Numbered from the stretch's first letter, positions 1 through 10,314 are shown. The stretch is DNA of 64,000 nt from Terriglobia bacterium (GCA_965206645.1 CBDBKE010000004.1:640001-704000); one strand, 5' to 3'. A program made the numbers and translations. Notes: generated from the sequence alone by a model not told the origin.

Positions 1-1
1 T

Positions 2-1596
2 GAGTGCACTCTGCTCGGCTACGAAGCCGAAGAAATTCTGGGCAAATACACCTGGGACTTTATAGCACTGGAAGAACGTGAACCAGCTCGACAGGCCTTT
101 CGCCGAAAGATCGGCGGGGAACAGCCACTTGAGATCGTTCATCGGACGATATCCGCCGGGACGGCGCACCGCTCACCGTGGAAATCCATCAGAGCTTGAT
201 CCGCGATCCGAAAGGTGCCGTGACCGGGATGCGTACGGCCCGCGTGGACATCACCGAGCGGGAACGGGCCGAGGAGCAACTAGTCCGCAATGCATTCTCC
301 GACGCGCTAACAGGCCTTGCCAACCGCGCTTTGTTACGGGACCGCCTCGACCGTGCGCTGAAGCGCCAGATTCGGCATCCAGATTACCTTTTCGCCGTGC
401 TCTTTTTGGACCTGGACCGCTTCAAGCTGGTCAACGACAGCCTGGGACACACTATCGGCGATGAATTGCTCCGGGCGGTAGCTCGAAGGCTGGAGAAGTG
501 CCTGCGCTCCCAGGATACGGTTGCCCGTCTGGGGGGAGACGAGTTCACAATGTTCCTCGAGGACATTAGAGACGAGACCGATGCTACCCGCGTTGCCGAG
601 CGGGTCCACAAGGATTTGAGGGCTCCTTTCCAGGTTGCAGGGCATGAAGTCTTCACCACGTCGAGCATCGGAATCGCCCTGAGTTCCACGGGTTATACAC
701 AGCCGGAGGATTTGCTGCGCGATGCGGACACGGCCATGTATCGTGCCAAGTCGCTTGGCAAAGCCTGTTACTCGATGTTTGACACGGCCATGCACGAGCG
801 CGCGGTAGCGCTTTTGCAGTTGGACCACGACCTGCGGCGCGCCCTCGAACGGAAAGAGTTCCGGATTCACTACCAGCCGATTGTGCGGCTGGGAAACGCT
901 GAAGTGACCGGATTGGAGGCTCTTCTACGTTGGGAGCATCCGGCGCGTGGCTTTGTTTCACCGGCGGAGTTCATCCCGCTTGCGGAAGAAACCCGATTGA
1001 TCATTCCCATTGGTCGCTGGGCGCTTGAGGAGACGTGCCGTCAGGTGCGTGCCTGGCAGCTCCAATTCGGCACCTACCTACCTGTGAACGTCAATCTTTC
1101 CGGCAAACAACTTTCGCAACCCGACCTCGTCTGCCAGATCACCCAGATTCTGGAACAGTTCTTCCTGGATGGGCGGAGTTTAAAGCTGGAGATCACGGAA
1201 AGTGTGATCATGGAAAATATTGAATCGGTGATCACCATGCTCCAACAACTGAAGGCCTTGGGGATTCAGTCGTCCATGGATGATTTTGAGACCGGCTATT
1301 CATCCTTGAGTTATCTGCACCGCCTTCCCATTGATGTGTTAAAGATTGACCGTTCCTTTGTCAGCGGAACGCGCACTGGGGTCGAAAACCCGGAGGTGGT
1401 CCGCACCATCATTACGCTTGCCCGTGATCTAGGCATTGATGCGGTCGCAGAAGGCGTGGAAACAGCGGAGCAACTGGCCCAGCTCAGGGAACTGGGATGC
1501 AGATATGGGCAGGGATATCTCTTCTCCAAGCCGCTCGATAGCGAGGCGGCAGGGAAGTTTATTGCGGGACGCCTGCACCAAGCGGCGGGGGTTTGA
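2..1596 (+). CDS. PAS-GGDEF-EAL diguanylate cyclase/phosphodiesterase (5' end outside window; apparent 1-nt frameshift at ~149)
   Basis: ORF 178..1596 has DALTGLANR, RSQD I-site + LGGDEF, EALLRW and DDFETGYSS. Frame 2 from base 2 reads a PAS segment (ECTLLGYEAEEILGK...VHRT) that joins the main frame (IRRDGAPLTVEIH) only if one base is restored at ~149. Confidence 0.88.
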
Positions 1597-1771
1597 CCGA
1601 GAATACCAACGGCCCTTCACCCGTCATTCTGGAGAGGAGCTTTGATCGTCGACAAGAAGACCGGCGCCTTGTTTTGATCTCGAGAGTTAAAGCTGAGAGG
1701 TAGAGAGCGACCAGTTGAGCCACCAAGAATCCCTCGCTCTTTACTGCTAGCGCTACACTCCATTTCGCCGA

Positions 1772-2650
1772 ATGCCGATTCATCAGGTGGTGATCCTGGC
1801 GGTGGTTCAGGCCCTCACCGAGTTCCTTCCCGTCTCCAGCGCCGCCCACCTGGCTCTGGTCCCCTGGCTGCTCAACTGGCGCGATCCAGGACTCACCTTT
1901 AACGTTGCGCTGCACCTGGGGACGCTGCTGGCCGTACTGGTTTACTTCTGGCGCTTGTGGGTCCGCATCGTGTTTGCCGGACTCGGGCTGAAACCGCCGG
2001 TGGAGCCAGCCCGGGGTCCGGCCCGCCGCACGGGCTTGCTGGATGGCGCTCCGGCGGAGGATGACGAGGCGGTGGCCGACCGCCGCCTGCTCTGGCTGCT
2101 GGCCTTGGGGACCATTCCCGCAGCGGTGGTGGGCTACTCCCTCGAACACCACGTCAGGACCACACTGCGCTCGCCCTACGTGATGGCCGCCTCGCTGATA
2201 CTGGTCGCGTTCCTGATGGCCTACGGGGAGCGCGTGGCCCGGCAGCTCCACGGGTTGAAGGACCTGGGCCTGAGCGACACCCTGTTGGTAGGCCTGGCAC
2301 AGGCGCTGGCGCTGATTCCCGGCGTCTCCCGCTCCGGCATCACCATCACCGCCGCTCTTTTGCGCCACTACCGGCGCGACTCCTCGGCACGGTTCTCCTT
2401 CTTGCTGGCGACCCCTGTCATCGCCGGTGCAGTCGTCAAGGAAAGCGTGGGCCTGTGGAGCACCGGCGTTCCTGACCAGATGCGCCTGCCTTTCCTGTTG
2501 GGAATAGCTGTAGCTGCCCTGGTGGGGTACGCCGTGATTGCGTTCTTTATCCGGTACCTGCAGACTCGGACCCTAAAGATTTTTATTTACTATCGGGTGG
2601 TCTTTGGGCTTATGATTCTAGTACTGGCGATTTTTTCCTCGGCTCCGTAG
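1772..2650 (+). CDS. uppP: Undecaprenyl-diphosphate phosphatase (UppP/BacA)
   Basis: Motifs VQALTEFLPVSSAAH, LHLGTLLA and ALIPGVSRSGITI; hydrophobic profile. Confidence 0.95.
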   Translation: MPIHQVVILAVVQALTEFLPVSSAAHLALVPWLLNWRDPGLTFNVALHLGTLLAVLVYFWRLWVRIVFAGLGLKPPVEPARGPARRTGLLDGAPAEDDEAVADRRLLWLLALGTIPAAVVGYSLEHHVRTTLRSPYVMAASLILVAFLMAYGERVARQLHGLKDLGLSDTLLVGLAQALALIPGVSRSGITITAALLRHYRRDSSARFSFLLATPVIAGAVVKESVGLWSTGVPDQMRLPFLLGIAVAALVGYAVIAFFIRYLQTRTLKIFIYYRVVFGLMILVLAIFSSAP

Positions 2651-4966
2651 TTGCCCGACACTGGGAAGAGCCGCAGGTTTCAAGAACTGTTCGCATTCGT
2701 CTACGGCGCCTGCGGGTTGCTCGTGGCGCTGGCGCTCGTCTCTTACTATCCTTTTGACCCATCCCTGAACTCGGCGCCCCCGCCCGACCAGCCTGTGCAG
2801 AACTTGGTGGGGCTCGTAGGTTCCTACGTCGCGGACCTGCTATTGCAGGTTCTGGGATTGGTGGCTTTTCTGATCCCGGTGGGACTGCTGGCAGCCCCGG
2901 TGGCGAACTGGCGCAGGCCTGTTGGACAGCCGGCCGGCCCTGGCTGGGCACGAACAGCCGGGGCTCTGCTGCTGGCCACGGCGCTATGCGGCGGCTTGGC
3001 GCTACCCGAAGTGTTCGGGAGATGGTCCTGGCGCTGGCAGGGAGCCATCGCCCCCGGCGGCTTAGCCGGCATGCTACTGGCTTCCGCTTCGCTCCACCTG
3101 TTGAACCTGACCGGTACGCTGGTCCTGCTGGCCCTGAGTTTCGTCGGCTCGCTCTACCTGCTGACCGCACTCTCCATCTCGCAGGTGCGAGTTCGCTTGG
3201 CTTGGCTGGGCCGGCTACGGGAGCGCTGGCAGAGGTGGCGGGAAGCGCACCAAAAGGCAAGACTGCGGGCGCGGTTAGAAAAGTTGCGGGCCAAGGGCCG
3301 GACTGTAGCTGTTCAGTCGGGTGTGCCTGAGAACCCCCGTGTACCATCTAGCGGCACAATCCAACCGCCCGCCTCACGCCCGCTGGTTGCATCAAGGGTG
3401 CAATCCTCTGCGGAACTCCCGGACACACTCGGAAATGCGGCGTCCGAGTCCGCTTCCCCACCCCGCCGCCTCGGGCTGGCGCCAAGAATCGCTGGCGGCT
3501 TCCGGATGCCATCGCTGGCGTTGTTGCGGGAGTCCGCTCCAGACGAAGGGATTGAGGAGGAGGGGCTGAAGCACCTAGCCGCCCTGCTGAAGATGAAGTG
3601 CGAAGAGTTTGGAGTGGCGGGCACAGTCACCCAGATCAACCCTGGCCCAGTGGTCACCACCTTCGAATTCAAGCCGGAAGCTGGGGTCAAGTACAGCCGA
3701 GTAACCAACCTCGTGGATGACTTGTGCCTGGCGCTGCAGGCAGAATCCATTCTGATCGAACGCATCCCCGGCAAGTCTACGGTGGGCATCGAAGTACCCA
3801 ACTCGCACCGCGCCACCATCTACCTGCGCGATATTTTGCAAACCCCGGAGTTCGCCGACTCACCATCGCGCCTGACCATGGCGCTGGGCAAGGACATTAA
3901 TGGGCGCATTCGAATCGCTGACCTAGCCTCCATGCCGCACTTGCTGATTGCCGGCTCCACCGGCACGGGCAAGAGCGTGGCCATCAACTCCTTCATTGTT
4001 TCCTTCCTGTATAAGTCCACTCCCGACCAGGTTCGCCTGATTCTGGTGGATCCCAAGCGTCTGGAACTAGGGCTGTATGAGGGCGTTCCACATCTGATGA
4101 CGCCGATCATCACCGAGCCGAAACAGGCTGCGAACGCGCTGCGCAATGCCGTCCGGGAGATGGAACGGCGACTGAAGCTGCTGGCAGAGAAGGGGGTTCG
4201 CCACATCGATCAGTACAACCGGCTCTTCGAGCGTCCCGCGACGCTCAGCCTGTTTGACCCGAAGGGTGAACCGGAGCGGCCGCTGCCCTACGTGGTCATT
4301 GTGATTGACGAGCTGGCTGACCTGATGCTGATAGGTTCGCGTAACGTGGAAGAATCCATCACCCGGTTGGCCCAAATGGCCCGCGCCGTCGGCATCCACC
4401 TGATCCTCGCCACACAGCGGCCCAGCGTGGACGTCATCACCGGGCTGATCAAAGCAAACTTCCCGGCCCGCATCTCGTTCCGGGTAGCCACCAAGGTGGA
4501 CTCGCGCACCATCCTCGATAGCAACGGAGCCGAGGCGTTGCTGGGCCGCGGCGACATGTTGTACTTGCCGCCAGGCTCGGCTCGCCTGCTGCGGGTGCAT
4601 GGACCGCTGGTGACTGAGAAGGAAATCGCCGACGTGGTGGAGTTCTGGCGGGCCCAGTCCAAGCCCACCTATGAACATCAGTATCTGGCGCCCCCGGCCG
4701 AAGAGGGAGAAGCGGCCGAGGGTGGCGAAGAACCGGGAGCCGGCGATGACCCACTCTACGACGAAGCGGTGCGGATGATCGTTGAGATGGGGAAGGCCTC
4801 CACCTCCATCTTGCAGCGCCGCCTACGACTGGGCTACGGCCGTGCTGCCCGCCTGCTGGATATGATGCAGAGGGATGGCATCATCGGGCCCCCCGACGGA
4901 AGCAAACCCCGCGAGGTTCTCAGCCGGCCCGCATGGCTGGCCGAAGTGGACCAGAAGACACGCTGA
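2651..4966 (+). CDS. ftsK: DNA translocase FtsK
   Basis: N-terminal TM segments, MPHLLIAGSTGTGKS Walker A, IDELADLM, ATQRPSVDVITGLIKAN, gamma domain LQRRLRLGYGRAARLLD. TTG start abuts the uppP stop. Confidence 0.96.
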   Translation: MPDTGKSRRFQELFAFVYGACGLLVALALVSYYPFDPSLNSAPPPDQPVQNLVGLVGSYVADLLLQVLGLVAFLIPVGLLAAPVANWRRPVGQPAGPGWARTAGALLLATALCGGLALPEVFGRWSWRWQGAIAPGGLAGMLLASASLHLLNLTGTLVLLALSFVGSLYLLTALSISQVRVRLAWLGRLRERWQRWREAHQKARLRARLEKLRAKGRTVAVQSGVPENPRVPSSGTIQPPASRPLVASRVQSSAELPDTLGNAASESASPPRRLGLAPRIAGGFRMPSLALLRESAPDEGIEEEGLKHLAALLKMKCEEFGVAGTVTQINPGPVVTTFEFKPEAGVKYSRVTNLVDDLCLALQAESILIERIPGKSTVGIEVPNSHRATIYLRDILQTPEFADSPSRLTMALGKDINGRIRIADLASMPHLLIAGSTGTGKSVAINSFIVSFLYKSTPDQVRLILVDPKRLELGLYEGVPHLMTPIITEPKQAANALRNAVREMERRLKLLAEKGVRHIDQYNRLFERPATLSLFDPKGEPERPLPYVVIVIDELADLMLIGSRNVEESITRLAQMARAVGIHLILATQRPSVDVITGLIKANFPARISFRVATKVDSRTILDSNGAEALLGRGDMLYLPPGSARLLRVHGPLVTEKEIADVVEFWRAQSKPTYEHQYLAPPAEEGEAAEGGEEPGAGDDPLYDEAVRMIVEMGKASTSILQRRLRLGYGRAARLLDMMQRDGIIGPPDGSKPREVLSRPAWLAEVDQKTR

Positions 4967-5097
4967 CCGGAAAACAACTCGTCTGGCTGGCCTCCTACCA
5001 CAACTGCTTCTCGTTAGATCGTCCGGCGGGGAGTATCCAAATGAAAGAGGCGCGTAGCCTGCCGCCGCAGACGCAACTGGGTGCAGCACGGAAGGGG

Positions 5098-5313
5098 TCA
5101 GGCTGTCCTAGCCCGGACTCTGCGCGTTGCCCGAGGGCCCAGGCAGCCTTCCTCATCATCCGGGCTGCAACAATGTAGTCCACCGATCCGGATCAAATGG
5201 GCCTGATCTCGCACTCGCCAGCAGCGATTACATACTTCCAGCTGCTGCACGACCCTCCGCACATGATCGCGCATCACAAACCACTCTCGCGCCTCTTCGT
5301 GAGTTAACCTCAT
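5098..5313 (-). CDS. Putative small (71 aa) Cys-rich zinc-ribbon-like protein
   Basis: ATG at 5313 with GGAGG about 10 nt upstream; MRLTHEEAREWFVMRDHVRRVVQQLEVCNRCWRVRDQAHLIRIGGLHCCSPDDEEGCL... Confidence 0.45.
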   Translation of the reverse strand: MRLTHEEAREWFVMRDHVRRVVQQLEVCNRCWRVRDQAHLIRIGGLHCCSPDDEEGCLGPRATRRVRARTA

Positions 5314-5539
5314 TAGCAACCTACCTCCAGAACCGGCAGCCTGGTTCTTTTTTGACACGGGTAGGTCAGTAACGCTATAGCCCGAAAGGCTCATTTTCGG
5401 GGTAGTACGAGAGGTCCAACACGCTATGACGCACCGACAGCCTCCCCGATGCGCCAGGAAAGAGCCTGAAAAAGGAATCGTGCTTATCGGAGGATCGAAG
5501 GCAGCGGCACCTGGGGGGAACCTAGCGTAGAATCGCCGC

Positions 5540-6254
5540 GTGGACCGGCTACTGGCCGAACTTGGTCCGAAGCAAATGGCGCTCAACCTGCGCTGCGGGG
5601 CTGGCAGCCTCTCCTGCGCCGCTGCCTCCTGCTGCATTGTGGGTGTAGATTTGCGAGCGCCGCCAGTAATTCCCCACCCGCCTCAGGGCGGTTTTGTGCG
5701 ATCCGATGCGGCGTCGCTACCACTGCCCAATGCTTGCTGCGATCTGATTATCGCCAACCACACCCTGGAGCACATCCAAAATTCGTCAAGCGCTCTGCGC
5801 GAAGCGGCCGCGTCTTGAGACCAGAAGGGATTCTGGTGGTTAGCGTTCCCGATGGGTACTGTCTATCGGACGCGCTCTTCCGCTTTCTATGACAAGGAAC
5901 GCGAGCACGTGAATCGCTTTCGTCGGGAAGGACTGGTGGCGGCGGCCGCGCGCAGGTTTTGAACTGAGCGCCTCCGCCTTCCTGCGCGTCACTCTGCTGG
6001 CCTGGAATACCCTGGCACGGGCCGCCGACCGTCGCCTGGGAACCCGCTGGAGCACTTACGGCTGGCTGTTCCACTTCAGCCGCCAGGTGCGTGAGGAAGT
6101 CTCGGAAGACCCGGCGGAACCCAACGTCTGTATCCGCTGCGGCAGTAGCCACGATGCGGCCTAGTTGCGCGCCCTGGGGCACGTGCGGGGCAAGGTCTTG
6201 CCCCGCTACGATTGTCCCACCTGCGGCACTTTGAACCTATTCTTCGCAAGGTAA
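5540..6254 (+). pseudogene. Class I SAM methyltransferase with C-terminal Zn ribbon, degraded
   Basis: LNLRCGAG (degenerate motif I), DAASLPL..CDLIIANHTLEH; continues after a frameshift as RVLRPEGILVVSVPDG and ends NVCIRCGSSH...YDCPTCGTLN; several stops and frameshifts. Confidence 0.7.
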
Positions 6255-6311
6255 CGTCGCTTTTGAGGCTAGCGGCTAGCCTCGCTGGCCGAAGCTAGTT
6301 ACTGCGTCCGT

Positions 6312-6341
6312 TTGACAGCCTCGCAACCCGCCACATAAAAT
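6312..6341 (+). promoter_or_regulatory. Sigma70-type promoter of tRNA-Phe
   Basis: TTGACA (6312-6317), 18 nt, TAAAAT (6336-6341), 14 nt before the tRNA. Confidence 0.75.
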
Positions 6342-6355
6342 GATTGGGCCCTTTG

Positions 6356-6431
6356 GGCCAGGTAGCTCAGTCGGTAGAGCGCAGCCCTGAAAAGGCTGGC
6401 GTCGGCGGTTCGATTCCGTCCCTGGCCACCA
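6356..6431 (+). tRNA. tRNA-Phe (GAA)
   Basis: Acceptor stem GGCCAGG/CCTGGCC, D-arm GCTCAGTCGGTAGAGC, anticodon loop CTGAAAA, T-loop GGTTCGATTCC, encoded CCA; 76 nt. Confidence 0.97.
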
Positions 6432-6579
6432 TCTTTCAAACACTTAGGGGTCTTCCCTACCCCATCTCGGTTCCATTTGGTTCCAAAACCAACCTAAAGG
6501 CACGCCGGAGTGCGTCTCATATCGGCCTGCCGAAATGGGCTTGTGTACCTTTCAGAACCCTGCCAGGAGGATAATCAAT

Positions 6580-7029
6580 ATGCCGAGAACGTGCACCGTT
6601 TGCACACACGCTGACAGGCCCGAGATAGATCAGGCGCTCTTGACTGGGCAACCGTTGCGGGACATAGCGGGCCGTGTCGGGACAAGTCGCTCCGCCCTGC
6701 TGCGCCACAAAAAGGCCGACATTCCGACGACGGTGGCGAAGGCGAAGCAGGCTGAGGAAGAGGTTCGGGCCGAAACGCTGTTCGACCGGCTGAGAGCCCC
6801 TAACCGGGAAACAGTGGAGATCCTGAGACAGGCACGGGCATCAAGTTCCCTCAGCATTGCTCTTGCGGCTATTAACCGATTGGAGCGCCAGCTTGAAATG
6901 GAAGCTAGGCTGTTGGGCCAGTTAAACGATGCACCGAAGGTTGCGGTGGGAATTAAGACTACGAACCCCATTTCACGAACACTGGCGATCCGATATACCT
7001 TCGGCGGGATCGGTCGTTTGCAGTTGTAG
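6580..7029 (+). CDS. Phage/MGE-type small Zn-finger + HTH protein (terminase small subunit-like), 3' end possibly non-native
   Basis: AGGAGG RBS, MPRTCTVCTH (CxxCxH), HTH-like PLRDIAGRVGTSRSALLRH, coiled-coil C-terminal half. Confidence 0.6.
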   Translation: MPRTCTVCTHADRPEIDQALLTGQPLRDIAGRVGTSRSALLRHKKADIPTTVAKAKQAEEEVRAETLFDRLRAPNRETVEILRQARASSSLSIALAAINRLERQLEMEARLLGQLNDAPKVAVGIKTTNPISRTLAIRYTFGGIGRLQL

Positions 7030-7197
7030 AGGAAGGAGTCGAAGCCCTTCCGATTTGCCCAGGTATAGGTGGTGCGGCTGTGCTCACCTGGGTAAAGATC
7101 GAGACGCCCGAAGGAAAAAGATTTACCTTGCTATAACACGCACTTTTGCGCGTCGCAGTTGCCCGGTGGCGGTCAAGTCTCCCCGGAGGGGAACCAG

Positions 7198-7321
7198 ATG
7201 CAGGCCATCGCCACTGAAGAATTCATGAACGTCAATACCGAGCCCGGGACCGTTCATCTCTTGGTGGGTGATCTAAACGCCGGCCAAACCAGCCCAACGA
7301 TGCTGTATCTTCTGGAAGGAC
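7198..7321 (+). pseudogene. 5' gene fragment truncated by IS256
   Basis: GGAGGGG RBS then MQAIATEEFMNVNTEPGTVHLLVGDLNAGQTSPTMLYLLEG running directly into the IS end at 7322. Confidence 0.45.
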
Positions 7322-8760
7322 GAGGGTGTCCTGAACTCAGTTGAAAGTTCGTAGCGGCGGTTCGGAGCCATCATACTACGCCACCTCCCGTCGAGTGGCC
7401 GACTTTGATCCTTCGAGGATCGCTTTCAACATCCACAGGTCCTGGTACCCCATCAGGCGGCGGAAGTTTTTCTCCGTGGCCAGGAAGCTGGAGGCGACCC
7501 AGCGCTGGACCATGGCCGCATCCCGCCAGCGGCACACCCGGCGAGTTCGCAACCTCACTCCCGCCTGCGGACTCTCGATGAGATTGGTGGTGGCCAGACA
7601 GCGATGTAGCGAAGCCGGAAGCCCCAGCCGGTTGATGGTGAAACATTCCTCCAGACCCTCCCGTAAGCTGGCCGCCGCGGCCGGACAATCTCGCTCCAAC
7701 CATTGGGCCAACTTCTCCAGCTTGGCCCTGCCGGTCTTCGGATCCAACCGCCAGGCGGCCCGCATCGCCGCCCGCACCTGGTCCCGCTCTGGCTCCGGCA
7801 ACCGGTCCAGGACGTTGCGCAACTTGTGGGCGCGGCAGCGCTGCACCGGCTGCTCGGCCCCGAACACGGCGCGGATCGCCGCCCGCAAGGCCTTCGAGCC
7901 GTCGATCACAAACAGCCGTTTCTGGGCCGGCTGCACCCCTCGCCGCACTAAACCTTCCAGCAAGTCCTGGACGGCCGCGGCGTTCTCCGTAGCCCCCTGC
8001 TGAATCCCCAGCACGTGCTTGTGCCCTTCCGCATCCACGCCCACAGCCGCAATCACGTGATGGTCGCCAAACACCATCCCGTCGATGTAGAGGATCAGCA
8101 ACTCTACTTCCTCGAAGCGGCGGTTCAACAGACGTTCTAACTCGGCTGCGGCAGCCTCCATCGTTTCCCGGCTGACCGTGGAGCGCGACACACCCACGGT
8201 GTCCGCCATCTCCGGCAACACCCGCTGGTACTGCCGGGTCGAGACGCCCCGCAGCAAGATATCCAACATCCGGGCCCCCAGACCCTCGCCCTCCTGCATG
8301 GCTTCGTAGGCCGGGAGGGGAACTTCTTTCCCCGCTCCCCGGCCTGGCCGCCGGAGCCGTGGCCTGTGCACGGCCAGCTTTCTCTCCTTCAGGCGCACCC
8401 GTCCCCGCTGGCGCCCATACCAGCCCACCCCACGGCGCCGCCGGCCCTGACGGCGTGGACCGGCCACCTGCGCGGCCGACAACTCCAGCACCGCTTCAAT
8501 CGCCGCCCTACCCACCACGTCGATCAGCTCGTCGACGGCTAACCGCGATTGTTCGATCAACTCCACCCAGGGCAGCAGAAACTGCCCGTGGCGAGCCAGG
8601 TAGGCAGCCAGTTTGCGGGAGCTTCGGCTATCGCTCCGGCCTAGGATGTGGTAGCTTCTCTGCACGGCGGTTCCCCTTTCCAGAAAGTTTCCCAACCCGA
8701 TTCTACGGAACCAGGTCAGCGAACCGCCGCTCAACTTTCAACTAAAGGTGAGACACTCTC
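7322..8760 (-). mobile_element. IS256-family insertion sequence
   Basis: Imperfect ~40-bp terminal IRs: GAGGGTGTCCTGAACTCAGTTGAAAGTTCGTAGCGGCGGTTCG vs reverse complement GAGAGTGTCTCACCTTTAGTTGAAAGTTGAGCGGCGGTTCG. No target-site duplication. Confidence 0.92.
7376..8734 (-). CDS. IS256-family (Mutator-like) DDE transposase
   Basis: GVSTR, LYIDG, FVIDGSKAL, QRCRAHKLRN, TTNLIES motifs; true start may be the GTG near 8668. Confidence 0.93.
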   Translation of the reverse strand: MSGGSLTWFRRIGLGNFLERGTAVQRSYHILGRSDSRSSRKLAAYLARHGQFLLPWVELIEQSRLAVDELIDVVGRAAIEAVLELSAAQVAGPRRQGRRRRGVGWYGRQRGRVRLKERKLAVHRPRLRRPGRGAGKEVPLPAYEAMQEGEGLGARMLDILLRGVSTRQYQRVLPEMADTVGVSRSTVSRETMEAAAAELERLLNRRFEEVELLILYIDGMVFGDHHVIAAVGVDAEGHKHVLGIQQGATENAAAVQDLLEGLVRRGVQPAQKRLFVIDGSKALRAAIRAVFGAEQPVQRCRAHKLRNVLDRLPEPERDQVRAAMRAAWRLDPKTGRAKLEKLAQWLERDCPAAAASLREGLEECFTINRLGLPASLHRCLATTNLIESPQAGVRLRTRRVCRWRDAAMVQRWVASSFLATEKNFRRLMGYQDLWMLKAILEGSKSATRREVA

Positions 8761-9059
8761 TTCAACGTTGCCACTGCGGCACTGCCTTCAAAAACACCCA
8801 CCTTGGGCGGCGGGGAGTGGGGCCTTGGGTTGCCTGGAGTGGGAGCGCTGGGGAAGACCACCCACACCTTGGGGGGAACCGGCGCCTGCACTTTGGGCTG
8901 TTCGAGGCGCGGGACGGCTCGCAACGGGGGCGCTAGAGGCGCCTGGACGGGCGGAAGCGAGAGTTTCGGGGCTTCCATCTTCCACACCGGCCTCGGCGGC
9001 ATGGGAGCGCGCGCCTGCTGCTTTGGAGGTGTCACCAAATCGATATAGACGGGCGGCGG
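8761..9059 (-). pseudogene. Internal fragment of a proline-rich, probably TonB-like protein trapped between two IS
   Basis: Open frame PPPVYIDLVTPPKQQ...PPPKVGVFEGSAAVATLK, bounded exactly by the IS3 end (9060) and the IS256 end (8760). Confidence 0.45.
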
Positions 9060-9144
9060 TGACCAGACCGATTTTTTGTACCAACCGTAGTGAGAGTTCA
9101 CATCGCAGCCTGGGGCTGTGAAACTGGTTTCAGTGGCAGGGGAG

Positions 9145-9264
9145 GGCTATAGGCCCCCGGCGCCGGGGGCCTATAGCCGAGCGCCGATCCCTTTTGATTT
9201 CCAGCCAGCTAAACCGAGTTTCCACACAGGTAGGCCCCCGGCGCCGGGGGCCTATAGCCGAGCG
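9145..9264. repeat. 34-bp perfect palindrome plus 34-bp direct duplication inside the IS3 3' end
   Basis: GGCTATAGGCCCCCGGCGCCGGGGGCCTATAGCC (9145-9178) is self-complementary; TAGGCCCCCGGCGCCGGGGGCCTATAGCCGAGCG occurs at 9150 and 9231. Confidence 0.9.
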
Positions 9265-10039
9265 GCCGCACCGTGTTGTATTGCACCCTCCACTGTTCAA
9301 TCACCACCTGTGCCTCCTTCAACGAGTAGAAGATCTCTCCATTCAGGCATTCGTCCCGCAGCTTCCCATTGAAACTCTCGCAGTACCCGTTCTCCCAGGG
9401 ACTGCCCGGTTCGATGTACAGTGTCCCGGTCCCTAGATTTGCCAACCACTGGCGCAGTTGTTTGGCGATGAACTCGGGACCATTGTCGGATCGAATCTGT
9501 TCCGGTATCCCTCGCCACAACATCACGTCCGACAACGCCTCAATGATTTGTTGGCTGCCCATCCTCCGCTCCACCCGGATCGCCAGGCATTCCCGCGTGT
9601 ACTCATCCAGCAAGGTCAGCAGCCGCAGCGTTCTCCCCTCGTGCGTTCTGGCACTCATGAAGTCGTAGCTCCACACGTGGTTCGGTCGCTCCGGCCTCAG
9701 TCGTACACAGGAACCGTCGTTCAGCCACAGCCGTCCTCGCGGCCTTTGTTTTTGCGGCACTTTCAGCCCTTCCCGCCGCCAAATCCGCTGCACCCGGTCC
9801 TTGCCCACTTCCCAGCCCGCACTCCGCAGCAACGCTGTGATCCTCCGGTAGCCATATCGCCCGTACTTCGCTCCCAGGGCAATGATCGCTCGGGTCAGAG
9901 CATCCTCGTCCACCCGATGAATCGGCTCGTATCGTTGTGTCCCTCGCCATTGCCCCAGCAGCCGGCAGGCATGCCGTTCCGACAACCCGTGTTGCTCCCA
10001 CGCACGCTCCACCGCACAACGCCGCCGCTCAGGGCTCAG
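9209..10039 (-). CDS. IS3 OrfB (integrase core DDE), C-terminus altered by an internal duplication
   Basis: YGYRRI, NHVWSYDF, RSDNGPEF, PGSPWENGYCESFNGKLRDE; ends RPLGYRPPAP (HSA missing). Confidence 0.88.
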   Translation of the reverse strand: MSPERRRCAVERAWEQHGLSERHACRLLGQWRGTQRYEPIHRVDEDALTRAIIALGAKYGRYGYRRITALLRSAGWEVGKDRVQRIWRREGLKVPQKQRPRGRLWLNDGSCVRLRPERPNHVWSYDFMSARTHEGRTLRLLTLLDEYTRECLAIRVERRMGSQQIIEALSDVMLWRGIPEQIRSDNGPEFIAKQLRQWLANLGTGTLYIEPGSPWENGYCESFNGKLRDECLNGEIFYSLKEAQVVIEQWRVQYNTVRPLGYRPPAPGAYLCGNSV

Positions 10040-10314
10040 AAGTTTCCCTGTGCCACATCCCGCAGTACCTGCTTCTCCAGAGAAAGCTCCGCTACCAACC
10101 GCTTCAGCCGCGTGTTTTCCTTCTCCAACTCCTTCAGCCGTTTTGCCTGCACCACCTTCAGCCCGCCGTATTCCTTCCGCCACCGGTAGTAGGTTTGGGT
10201 GTGGATTCCAGCTTCTTTGCAGGCTTGGGGCGCAGTCTTCCCGTTCCCCATCTGCACTTCTATCTGCCGCAGCACCGCTACAATCTGCTCCGGCTTGTAA
10301 CTCCTTGTCGGCAT
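10036..10314 (-). CDS. IS3 OrfA (HTH + leucine zipper)
   Basis: TYYRWRKEYGG, KRLKELEKENTRLKRLVAELSLEK. Confidence 0.9.
   Translation of the reverse strand: MPTRSYKPEQIVAVLRQIEVQMGNGKTAPQACKEAGIHTQTYYRWRKEYGGLKVVQAKRLKELEKENTRLKRLVAELSLEKQVLRDVAQGNF

Noticed and set aside
9145-9264. Palindromic repeats as a mini CRISPR array
   Set aside because: Only two copies, both explained by transposase coding sequence (LGYRPPAPGAY); no cas genes.
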